DNA from: a virus
Virus record (IMG/VR): IMGVR_UViG_3300046092_000205
Coordinates: 1 to 64,000 of that record
DNA: 64,000 nt
Reading direction: 5' to 3' (one strand)
Both the position numbers and the translations under genes were made by a program. Below the pieces are notes generated by a model. It was not told where the DNA came from and ran no database searches. It saw only the letters and a list, made by a program, of their open reading frames with translations. The stretch's first letter is position 1. Each line of letters opens with the position of its first letter. This document shows, one piece after another, positions 29,266 through 38,168 of the stretch.

Positions 29266-30410
29266 GAAAGAGAAGTACGTTGGATTTAGAAGTCGATCAT
29301 AAAGATCATAACTTTTATGCGGAAGGACTAGTCACGAGCAATTCACATTCTTATTGCTACGGGGTGACTAGTTTTTATACAGCCTACTGCAAAGTTCATT
29401 ATCCACAGGAATTTTTCCTTGCATTATTGAAGATGGCTCAAAATGAACCCGATCCGCTATCCGAAATTTTCAAAATCTCCCAAGAGCTTGCTCTATTTGG
29501 AATCAAACTCTTACCTCCTGACCTTTCTAAGTCTAAAGAAGAGTTTTCCATTGAGGGTAAAGACCTCCGCTATGGATTGAATTCGATCAAAGGTGTTTCA
29601 GAAAAGAGCATTCAAAACCTATTAGACTTTCGCGGTCAAGAATTCTCAAATAAATATCAAGTATTCCAATCGGCCAAAGATTGTGGATTGAATATTGGTA
29701 TTGTTTGCACATTGATTCAGGCTGGATGCCTAGATTCTTTTGGGGAGAATCGTTGCAAAATGGTTCTTGAAGCTCAAATGTTTAGCAAGCTCACGGAAAA
29801 AGAAAAACTCTCTGTTTTAGAACTTGGAGAGCATCATAAGTATGATATTTTTGCCGCCTTAAAAGATGGCGCTGATGGCAAAATACTTAATGATAAAAAT
29901 AAAAGCACATTCACCGAAAAGCGAATCCAAAAACTTCGCGAGGAGCATGGCAAATATAAACAAATCTATGATCAAAATATCAAACACCAAAAATTCTGTA
30001 ATTGGTATTTCGAGCGCGAAATGTTGGGGTATTCATATTCGTATACATTAAGAGAAGTGTTTGAAGAGCCGAAGAGCGCATTTACTTCAATTCTAGAATT
30101 TAATTCTCTCGACGACAACACGTTAGTTCGTATTGTTGGAGTCGTGACCGAAGTGAAAAAGACAACATCTAAAAAAGGTAATAAATACATGATGCTAGAC
30201 ATTTCTGATGAGAGCGGTAAGCTATCTGGAATGTTTGGAGATAACGGCAAAGATAATAAATGGTCGCGTCATCTTGAAGAAAAGCTACCAGTTCCACAAG
30301 AGGATTCTATAGTTACAGTGGTAGGAAAGAAATTCGGAGATTTGCTTATGGTAGATAAGTTCTCAATTATTGATGAGAAAATATATACTCGCCTATCGCA
30401 AATAAAATAA
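29229..30410 (+). CDS. dnaE: Split intein C-half (38 aa, 29229-29342) plus DnaE C-extein
   Basis: TLDLEV..HNFYAEGLVTSN then SHSYCY; YPQEF, LRYGLNSIKGV, ExxxLG, OB fold. Confidence 0.94.
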   Translation: MRFAKIKSATRIGKRSTLDLEVDHKDHNFYAEGLVTSNSHSYCYGVTSFYTAYCKVHYPQEFFLALLKMAQNEPDPLSEIFKISQELALFGIKLLPPDLSKSKEEFSIEGKDLRYGLNSIKGVSEKSIQNLLDFRGQEFSNKYQVFQSAKDCGLNIGIVCTLIQAGCLDSFGENRCKMVLEAQMFSKLTEKEKLSVLELGEHHKYDIFAALKDGADGKILNDKNKSTFTEKRIQKLREEHGKYKQIYDQNIKHQKFCNWYFEREMLGYSYSYTLREVFEEPKSAFTSILEFNSLDDNTLVRIVGVVTEVKKTTSKKGNKYMMLDISDESGKLSGMFGDNGKDNKWSRHLEEKLPVPQEDSIVTVVGKKFGDLLMVDKFSIIDEKIYTRLSQIK

Positions 30411-30411
30411 C

Positions 30412-30439
30412 TTGACAAATAACATATACCGATTAAAGT
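30412..30439 (+). promoter_or_regulatory. Putative promoter TTGACA-N16-TAAAGT
   Basis: Intergenic, 9 nt before Clp ATG. Confidence 0.6.
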
Positions 30440-30448
30440 CACACAGTA

Positions 30449-32776
30449 ATGCAACAAACACCTAATTTAATCCGCCATATTGAAGAAGCCTCAAAAACTT
30501 CGCAAAAAAATAATCGCCCAAACAATGTTGTCGATTTATTTTCGCAACTTTTAAATGAGAGCAAATTTCAAAATTTGCTAACATCTTTTAAAATAAATCC
30601 CGAAGCTGTTAAAGATAGCTTATCTGAAAAATTACCAGATGTTTTCCCAGAGATTTTTGAAGGATGTGAGGAGGAATATAATACTGTCTTAAAAGAGGCT
30701 GAAGATTCGGCAAAAGAATTGGGTTATGGATATTTTGATACCGAACATCTTTTTCATGAGCTTCTAAATTCATCGCCCACCATTAAATCTTTTTTCGCCA
30801 TCCACGATATTTCCTTGGATGAAATTTTAGAAAAAACAGCAGACATGGTTTCTTTAAAAGATGAAGGCTTGAAAGAATTATCAAGAGAATTATCTGAGCC
30901 AGATTTCCCAACAATTGATAAGTTTTGCAAGAACCTATCAATTGATTATGGAACTGAATCTCAAAAAATCTATGGACGTTCCGAAGAAATTTCCAATATT
31001 TTAGATGTTCTTTGCCGACATAAAAAAGGAAATGCTATTCTAATTGGAGATCCAGGAGTTGGTAGAAAAAGCATTATTCGCGGCGTCATCGAAAAAATTA
31101 ATAGCGGCAAAAGCTCAGAGGTCTTGCGTGAAAAAACATTTTATGAGCTTGACATTACAGCAATTATTGCTGGAGCTTCAATGTTTGGCTCTATCGAAGG
31201 TCGTTTTAAAAACCTGACAAAGGAACTGGAGGATCACGGCAGCGCTGTTCTTGTTATTCCAGATTTCCAAGTAGTTTCTGGAAGTGGATTTAAAGATGGT
31301 CCAAGTGAAATTTCAAATTTCTTGAAGAGTATTTTAGCGCGGCCAAATATTTCTTGTCTCGCGACAATTACCCAAGTTGATTACAAGAAGCATATTGAGA
31401 AGGATCAATCTATGACTAATCTTTTTGAGGTTATCAAAGTTAAAGAGCCAACTAAAGAAGAAACGCGCCAAATCATTGTGAATTCAATCTACGAATTGGA
31501 AGATTGTCACTATGTTGAATTTCCAATGGAAACAGTTGATATGGTTTTGGATCTTTGCGAAAAGTATCTTCCCTATAGACGTTTCCCAGAAAAAGCATTT
31601 GATACACTTGACTTTCTTGGAGCTAGAACTAAGAATGAGCACTTTACTCATCCGCCAAAACTTCATGAAGAATGGCAATCTATCATGGATAAAATTGGCC
31701 CAAATATCCAACAAGACTCTCCAGAGTTTATCAAATTGAATCGACGCATGGAAAAATGGGCGAAAAAACTGAATAAGTGGATGGAATACACCGATAGAAA
31801 TATTCCATCAATTTCACCACAAAAGGCTATTTCAACATTTGCTGAAAAGTATAAAATTACCGAAAATCAACTCAAGCAACTTCAAACATCAACAATTGAT
31901 GGGCTTGCCGAAAAATTAAAAAGCGCAATCTTTGGCCAAGATCATGCTATTGATAAAGTATGCGATGTTCTGCTGTGCTCGAAAGTTGGTTTGAGAGATA
32001 AAAATAAACCACTAGGTAAATTCATGTTTGTTGGATCAACTTCGACTGGCAAGACCGAATTAAGTAAGCAGCTAGCAGTAAATTACTTTGGCGATGACAA
32101 GGCTTTATTAAAGTTGGATATGTCTGAATTTTCAGAAAAGTTTTCTAGCTCATCTCTAATTGGAACAACTGCTGGGTACGTGGGATATGAAAACGGTGGG
32201 CGTCTAACTGAATTCGTAAAGCATAACCCATCATGCGTTGTTCTGTTTGACGAAATTGAGAAGGCTGATAGGAGCGTTCACAATCTTCTACTTCAAATCA
32301 TGGACGATGGCTATCTTACTGATGGTCAAGGATTCAGGGTAGATTTTACAAACACAATCGTTATTCTCACAACAAATTCTGGTAGTGAACCACCAAAATC
32401 AATGGGCTTTAATATTGAGCCGTCAAATGATCATCATGAAAAAGCGGCCAAAAAAGATTTTGCCCCTGAATTTAGAGCGCGAGTCGATGAAATTGTTGTA
32501 TTCAAAGATATGGATGACAAAATGATGACGAGTATCCTTAGCAAATTCATTAACCAGTCACTGGAAAAACTAAAAGAATCTGGAGTTTCAGTTACTATTG
32601 AAGAATCTGTAAAAAATCTTTTGCTCAAAGAAGTTAAGTCCCAAGGCTCGCACTCGCGAGAAATCCAAACAACTGTGAGACGAAAATTAGATGTGCCACT
32701 TGCAAAGTTTATTATTAATAATAGACCCAAAACAATTTTTGTAAAATCTTGCGAAAACAAGATAGAAATATTGTAA
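30449..32776 (+). CDS. ClpA/C-like AAA+ ATPase
   Basis: TEHL N-domain, LPYRRFPEKAFD, IFGQDHAI, GSTSTGKTE, GYVGY, LFDEIEKA, MGF loop. Confidence 0.9.
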   Translation: MQQTPNLIRHIEEASKTSQKNNRPNNVVDLFSQLLNESKFQNLLTSFKINPEAVKDSLSEKLPDVFPEIFEGCEEEYNTVLKEAEDSAKELGYGYFDTEHLFHELLNSSPTIKSFFAIHDISLDEILEKTADMVSLKDEGLKELSRELSEPDFPTIDKFCKNLSIDYGTESQKIYGRSEEISNILDVLCRHKKGNAILIGDPGVGRKSIIRGVIEKINSGKSSEVLREKTFYELDITAIIAGASMFGSIEGRFKNLTKELEDHGSAVLVIPDFQVVSGSGFKDGPSEISNFLKSILARPNISCLATITQVDYKKHIEKDQSMTNLFEVIKVKEPTKEETRQIIVNSIYELEDCHYVEFPMETVDMVLDLCEKYLPYRRFPEKAFDTLDFLGARTKNEHFTHPPKLHEEWQSIMDKIGPNIQQDSPEFIKLNRRMEKWAKKLNKWMEYTDRNIPSISPQKAISTFAEKYKITENQLKQLQTSTIDGLAEKLKSAIFGQDHAIDKVCDVLLCSKVGLRDKNKPLGKFMFVGSTSTGKTELSKQLAVNYFGDDKALLKLDMSEFSEKFSSSSLIGTTAGYVGYENGGRLTEFVKHNPSCVVLFDEIEKADRSVHNLLLQIMDDGYLTDGQGFRVDFTNTIVILTTNSGSEPPKSMGFNIEPSNDHHEKAAKKDFAPEFRARVDEIVVFKDMDDKMMTSILSKFINQSLEKLKESGVSVTIEESVKNLLLKEVKSQGSHSREIQTTVRRKLDVPLAKFIINNRPKTIFVKSCENKIEIL

Positions 32777-32810
32777 TCTGTCGTTAATATACTGACAACA
32801 GTCAATACAT

Positions 32811-32993
32811 ATGAACAACATCGAAACAACCCTAAAGTCTACCCGTGGCCGCTTTTTTACACTCTCCACTAAGCAAGGAGAGAAGTTTAATGCTCAAGCT
32901 CGCGGAATGACAAAGTGCTACATTACAGTCTTTGATCGCAATAAGAATCGCTTGCGTAAGCTAGCCAAAACAAGTGTGATTGGCGTAAACTAA
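32811..32993 (+). CDS. 60-aa basic protein, possible Sm/Hfq-like fold
   Basis: Helix plus five-strand pattern alignable by eye to Hfq. Confidence 0.5.
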   Translation: MNNIETTLKSTRGRFFTLSTKQGEKFNAQARGMTKCYITVFDRNKNRLRKLAKTSVIGVN

Positions 32994-32994
32994 A

Positions 32995-33130
32995 TGTCGC
33001 GCGCACTTGATGGAAAGCTACCATCGAGAGCAACGCACAAACTTAAGGTACCGCACCAATTTGGGTCGCTCAGTTCAACCAAGACCCAGAACGGAAAATG
33101 TGATAAGTTGAACTATCACGGCCTTGAGCA
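32995..33130 (+). ncRNA. Candidate structured RNA: three-way junction with kissing loops
   Basis: Stems 33006-13/33021-28, 33042-48/33122-28, 33062-67/33083-88, 33100-05/33114-19; loops GTTCAAC and GTTGAAC are complementary. Confidence 0.55.
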
Positions 33131-33132
33131 TC

Positions 33133-33168
33133 AAATCCCAAATTACTGAAAAGTAGTTTGGGATTTTT
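33133..33168 (+). terminator. Intrinsic terminator
   Basis: 15-bp stem with one GU pair, GAAA loop, T-rich end. Confidence 0.8.
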
Positions 33169-33182
33169 CGTTTATTATAAAT

Positions 33183-34220
33183 ATGCGTCTAGAAAATATT
33201 CTCCGAGAAAAGATTTACGCTTTTTCAATGCACTCAGAAACTTCTGAAGCAGAAATCTTTCTCCTAAAAGAAATTGCCGCTAAAAATAAATTGGGTGAAT
33301 ATATTAGCTCATTAGTATTGGATAATAATGATAACTATGACTCTTATCGCTTGGATACGTCAGATGGTCATTTTTGCGTAAAATTATCTCTTGATCCTCA
33401 AGATTCCTCTATCAAAAAAGACTTTGAGACGCTTTCTCAATTATTGGATAAACATTTACCTTACGCTATTGCTCTGGGAGATTTAAAAGATTTTCACGCT
33501 CAATATTCCGTCTCTTCATTTGTTTATGGACAAAGTTGCGCTGAGTTAGGCAAATCTCACATCACATCTCTAAAGGATAAATTTTTAGAATTAATTAACG
33601 GTTTGGCTGAGAAAAAAATAAAAGCTCAATCATTTAAAGAATTCGTAGAGGAGAAATACCTATTTTCAGATATTACAAAAACGCCTCAATTCAAAGAAGT
33701 TGATTTTTCTAAGGATATGGAAGTTTTAGAAATCTGCACATCTGAACTTATTGCTACAAAAAAACTAATAAAAGAAGCCTATAATTCCTGCATGGAAGGT
33801 CAACAATTATGCCATGGAAACATTACTCCATCAAGACTATTAATTCGTGGCGACGAATTTTCTTTAATTAATTTTGATGATTCTTATATTGGGAATCCAT
33901 TAATTGATCTTTGTTCTCTAAAATATGAGTTTTTTATTCAAGATGGTATGGAGGCGGCAATTATTAATGATTTTCGCGCAAAAAATAATTTTGAGATGGC
34001 CGACTATAGAAAATGTGCGAATTTAGTTAAGATTATGAAGTTTCATGATTTAATTAACGACTTTATTAAGTATGTTTATATTTATAGGGGAGTAAAGCAT
34101 AGAAAAATTCTTGAACTAACTGAAAAAATGAGTAGATCATTTGGCTTATTCGGTGGGTTGCCACCGTTCGAAAGACACAAAGAAAAAATAGCTGAGCTAT
34201 TTACGTCAAGCGTAATTTAA
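33183..34220 (+). CDS. APH/choline-kinase-fold protein, probable pseudokinase
   Basis: FCVK, LCHGNITPSRLL, LINFDD, GNPLIDL. Confidence 0.7.
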   Translation: MRLENILREKIYAFSMHSETSEAEIFLLKEIAAKNKLGEYISSLVLDNNDNYDSYRLDTSDGHFCVKLSLDPQDSSIKKDFETLSQLLDKHLPYAIALGDLKDFHAQYSVSSFVYGQSCAELGKSHITSLKDKFLELINGLAEKKIKAQSFKEFVEEKYLFSDITKTPQFKEVDFSKDMEVLEICTSELIATKKLIKEAYNSCMEGQQLCHGNITPSRLLIRGDEFSLINFDDSYIGNPLIDLCSLKYEFFIQDGMEAAIINDFRAKNNFEMADYRKCANLVKIMKFHDLINDFIKYVYIYRGVKHRKILELTEKMSRSFGLFGGLPPFERHKEKIAELFTSSVI

Positions 34221-34250
34221 GATTTGGAGCACGGTGTAAAATAATACACA

Positions 34251-34595
34251 ATGAGTGCTTCATATAATTTAACAGGTTCTAGTGCTATAGAGAGAGGCTC
34301 TTGTGCGTCTTTTTCTTTTGATTTAAATGCTTCCTCTGGCGAATATGGAATCTCTGGATATTTAGTTTCTGGATTTATTCGCCGCAAATGGGATAGAAAT
34401 TTAGAAACAACTTGGAATTCTCAAATTCTTTCTACTGGATCTGGTATTGTTAATATGACTCTTACCGCCGATCAAACATCCAGATTATCATTAGCTCCAT
34501 TAGAGCATGAAGTATTTCTTTATCCCCCATCTTCTGGATGCCCCATAAGAATTCTTGACGGAGAAATAGAAGTAAAAGGCGGTGATATTTTTTAA
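34251..34595 (+). CDS. Small tail/baseplate-associated protein
   Basis: ERG..F, GIVNMTLTADQT, RILDGEIEV; precedes fibre gene; GTGTAA at 34234. Confidence 0.55.
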   Translation: MSASYNLTGSSAIERGSCASFSFDLNASSGEYGISGYLVSGFIRRKWDRNLETTWNSQILSTGSGIVNMTLTADQTSRLSLAPLEHEVFLYPPSSGCPIRILDGEIEVKGGDIF

Positions 34596-34598
34596 TTT

Positions 34599-37500
34599 AT
34601 GGCTGATTTAAATATTACAATTAATCCTCCGCCAGCAATTTCCGTAGGAATTAGTCCGCCGCAATCCACTTCGATTACTGTTGGAGATGGAATTCCACCC
34701 CATAATATAACTCATTCTCCTGCTGGATCAGATAGTTTGGCCACATGGTACGCTACAGTTAATGATTTAAGTATCGTGAGTGGTTCACTATCAAGCGGCA
34801 CTGTATCACTTACTGGCAATCAAAATATTTCGGGCGTAAAAAACTTTTATTCTCGACCAACACTTAATGACATCGGTCTTCAAACAACTGGCGAATATGA
34901 AGAATTTAATTCGTGGAAGGAATATAAAGGCACTCTTTATCCTAATCCAAATAACGACTTAAATAGAAACTATAGTGTCTTACTAGACGCCGAAGATAAT
35001 TCTGGCCCATCTGGAGCAACGATTTGGTACAATATTCCCCAATGGACAGGAGCGAAACCAGTTGGAACGGGTATTTCTTCGTTTTATAACACTGGTTTTT
35101 GGGCGCGGGATTATGACTGGTCATGCGTATCGTTTAAGGGCGCTAGAGCGCGTGCTGATGGGTTTCCATCAATATGTATAACGTTAATCTCCAAGAGACA
35201 CGCTATTGGCGTTCAACATTGGCAACTTGGGCGGGGGGACAAGGTAGCATTTGTTTCTAATGTGGAAACTGGTTACACTTGGGAGGCGACAATCGCGGAT
35301 GCTTACAATTTGAATGGGGATTTGTTATTATACTCATTCACTGAAGATGCTCCAAGCCAAATTCGTCCAGCCTCAATTATTCGTTCTCCAGTAGCGTCAT
35401 CATGGCAAGCAAACTCGTTATTAGGGACAAGAGGGTTCATGGTTAAGGATTCGACAGTATTGAATGAGACTTTTGGCGGTATTAAAACTGGAGTAGGCGG
35501 CTTTATTGGGGGAGCTTTAGATATAACATATTCGCTTAGTGCTGGCGGTGCTGGCGCGAGATATACTGGCTTTCATGTGGGCGGAGACTCGTCAAGCCCT
35601 GTATTTATACCACTTAGAGATGGGAGACTTGTGTATGTTAGCTCTGCGACTTTTGTTGGCAATGGGACTTTTGTGGGTGATCCAAATATTATATCTGGAA
35701 TCAATGTTTTTACAACTGGATATTCTATAGATTATTGGGATGTTCCAAAAGTTCCAGTATTTTCCGTCGATCCAACAAATGTAATCCGTAACCTCGGAAC
35801 GGAGACGAATAAATGGTATGAAATAAACTGCGGTTATGTTAAAGCATTAAATCTTGATGGATTGTTGTCTGAGAGTAATATTCAACTATTTAACGAGGTT
35901 TTATATGGGGAAGATGTTGTTATCGCAGATCCAATAACTTCTAAAGGATTAACTTACAATTCAGAAGGTTGGGATTATCCAAACCTAATTAATTTTAGCG
36001 GCACTTTCCCAAATAATTATTTTTCTAGATTTGTTATCCCAAATTCTGGCGCATCCATTAACTTCACTTCATCAGGACCAACATTATTGATGCCAAATGG
36101 TAGTGGGTTTTCTGGCGCTGGCTATGTTATTGAGGCTAGAGGGGTAGATTCTAACAAAATACTCATTCAGCCAATATCAGTCCCATTTGGAACTTATGCA
36201 ACTGGCAACGTTATCCGACCCTCTCAAACAGGTAATTTTGTTGATAAATCTTCTGCTGTATTACTCACTGGTAATCAAAATATTTCGGGCGTAAAAAACT
36301 TTGCTCATATTACAGCCTTAAGTCTTCAAGGAGATTTAAGGGAGTTGGATATTTCTACCTATAATGAGTATTTTTATGGGGAAACAGTTAACGCAACCCA
36401 AGAAAATCTTCAGGGATTAACTATTAATACACAAGAAGTTGCCGAATCAAATACAATTAATTTCAGTGGCAACTACCGAGATACCTTTTGGGCTAGATTT
36501 GTTATCCCAAATTCTGGCGCATCCATTAATTTTTCTTCATCAGGGCCAACATTACTGATGCCCAATGGTAGTGGCTTTTCTGGTGTTGGCTATGTTATTG
36601 AGGCTAGAGCGGTGGGCTATAACAAAATACTTATTCAGCCAATAGCTTTCCCATCTGGAACTCATGTAACTGGCAACGTTATCCGACCCTCTGAAACTGG
36701 GCAATTTACTGGGGTGTTCTACCCGTATTCAGGTAATCCAGCGGGTTATGTTCAAGGGGCAGTTGTTAGACCATCTAATACTGGAAATTTTGTTGATAAA
36801 TCTTCCGCTGTACTGCTTACTGGGAATCAAAATATTTCGGGCACTAAAAACTTTACTTATGTTACAGCATTAAGTCTTCAAGGAGACTTAAGAGAGTGGG
36901 ATACTTTAATCTATAATGAGTATATATATGGGGAAACGATTAATATAACCCAAAACGATCTTAATGGAATAACTGTTAATGCAGCGCTGCCTGACATAAC
37001 CAACATAATTAATTTCAGCGGAGCTTACTCTGATACCTTTTGGGCTAGATTCGTTATCCCAAATTCTGGCTCATCTATAAACTTTTCTTCATCAGGGCCA
37101 ACATTATTAATGCCCCATGGTAGCGGTTTTTCTGGCGTTGGCTATGTTATTGAGGCTAGATCAGTAGATTTTAACAAAATACTCATTCAGCCAATCTCAT
37201 TTCCATCTGGAACTTACAGTAGTACTACTGGTTATCTTACGGGCTATGTCAATAAAACAGAAACAGGAAGTTTCATAACAACCGCTCAAACAGGTCAATT
37301 TGTTTCGACTGGATCTACAGGTCAATTTGTTACAGGAAGCGTTGTAAGGCCAAGCCAAACTGGAGCATTTCTTACTACTGGCGCGGCTGATAATCGTTAC
37401 GCTTTGCAGTCAGCAACTGGTAATTTTGTTACCACAGGTCAAACGGGTAATTTTCTAACAAGTGGAACACCCATTGAAACTATTCAGTTATACGCTAAAA

Positions 37501-38165
37501 ATGACGAATCTTTTACCTTGTACAAGGGTCAAGCTGTTTATATTGGCGGAGCCAATGGAACAAATGCATTAATCAAAAGAGCGTCAAATACTGGAGAACT
37601 AACCTCTTCAAAAACTATTGGTCTTTTAGCTCAGAACTTAAATGCTGATGATTTTGGCTATATTATATCAGAAGGAATTCTGGAGGGAATTAACACAAGT
37701 GCGGCTACCGCTGGTGATCCAATGTGGCTTGGCACAACTGGAGATCTTATTTTTGGCACTGGCAATAAACCTTATGGCAATAATCACCTTGTTTATTTAG
37801 GTGTTGTTCTGCGCTCTCAATCGAGTAACGGTAAAGTTTATATCAAGCCTCAAAACGGTTTTGAGATTGAGGAATTGCATCGTGTCTACGCTAAAAATGC
37901 AATCAGTAAAGATACTTTAATGTATGATTCGACGAGCGGATCTTGGTTTGCGCGTCAAATTTCAACTGGAGACGTATCTGGTATTTCGTCTTACGCCACA
38001 AATAGTTCTGTTGTATCTCTTACTGGAGATCAAAATATCTCTGGAGTTAAAAATTTTTATTCTCGCCCAACAGTCAATGGAACAGGAGTTTTACTCAGCG
38101 GAGAATCAATTACTACTCAACCCAATGATGCCAATTTGATTATTGGTTTATCTCTCTTTCTTTAA
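34599..38165 (+). CDS. Tail fibre-like protein with trypsin-like domain and internal repeats
   Basis: LTG(N/D)QNISGxKNF x4, TGQF repeats, H/D/GDSS triad. Confidence 0.75.
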   Translation: MADLNITINPPPAISVGISPPQSTSITVGDGIPPHNITHSPAGSDSLATWYATVNDLSIVSGSLSSGTVSLTGNQNISGVKNFYSRPTLNDIGLQTTGEYEEFNSWKEYKGTLYPNPNNDLNRNYSVLLDAEDNSGPSGATIWYNIPQWTGAKPVGTGISSFYNTGFWARDYDWSCVSFKGARARADGFPSICITLISKRHAIGVQHWQLGRGDKVAFVSNVETGYTWEATIADAYNLNGDLLLYSFTEDAPSQIRPASIIRSPVASSWQANSLLGTRGFMVKDSTVLNETFGGIKTGVGGFIGGALDITYSLSAGGAGARYTGFHVGGDSSSPVFIPLRDGRLVYVSSATFVGNGTFVGDPNIISGINVFTTGYSIDYWDVPKVPVFSVDPTNVIRNLGTETNKWYEINCGYVKALNLDGLLSESNIQLFNEVLYGEDVVIADPITSKGLTYNSEGWDYPNLINFSGTFPNNYFSRFVIPNSGASINFTSSGPTLLMPNGSGFSGAGYVIEARGVDSNKILIQPISVPFGTYATGNVIRPSQTGNFVDKSSAVLLTGNQNISGVKNFAHITALSLQGDLRELDISTYNEYFYGETVNATQENLQGLTINTQEVAESNTINFSGNYRDTFWARFVIPNSGASINFSSSGPTLLMPNGSGFSGVGYVIEARAVGYNKILIQPIAFPSGTHVTGNVIRPSETGQFTGVFYPYSGNPAGYVQGAVVRPSNTGNFVDKSSAVLLTGNQNISGTKNFTYVTALSLQGDLREWDTLIYNEYIYGETINITQNDLNGITVNAALPDITNIINFSGAYSDTFWARFVIPNSGSSINFSSSGPTLLMPHGSGFSGVGYVIEARSVDFNKILIQPISFPSGTYSSTTGYLTGYVNKTETGSFITTAQTGQFVSTGSTGQFVTGSVVRPSQTGAFLTTGAADNRYALQSATGNFVTTGQTGNFLTSGTPIETIQLYAKNDESFTLYKGQAVYIGGANGTNALIKRASNTGELTSSKTIGLLAQNLNADDFGYIISEGILEGINTSAATAGDPMWLGTTGDLIFGTGNKPYGNNHLVYLGVVLRSQSSNGKVYIKPQNGFEIEELHRVYAKNAISKDTLMYDSTSGSWFARQISTGDVSGISSYATNSSVVSLTGDQNISGVKNFYSRPTVNGTGVLLSGESITTQPNDANLIIGLSLFL
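35830..37220 (+). repeat. Three imperfect direct repeats (spacing 468 and 552 bp)
   Basis: CTAGATT(T/C)GTTATCCCAAATTCTGGC at 36025, 36493, 37045. Confidence 0.88.
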
Positions 38166-38168
38166 ATT

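Noticed and set aside
32994-33149. 51-codon ORF in frame after the 60-aa gene
   Set aside because: Its stop lies inside the terminator, composition is atypical and base pairing is extensive; kept only as an alternative to the RNA model
35830-37220. Diversity-generating retroelement repeats
   Set aside because: No reverse transcriptase in the window; differences are not adenine-specific and all copies are coding
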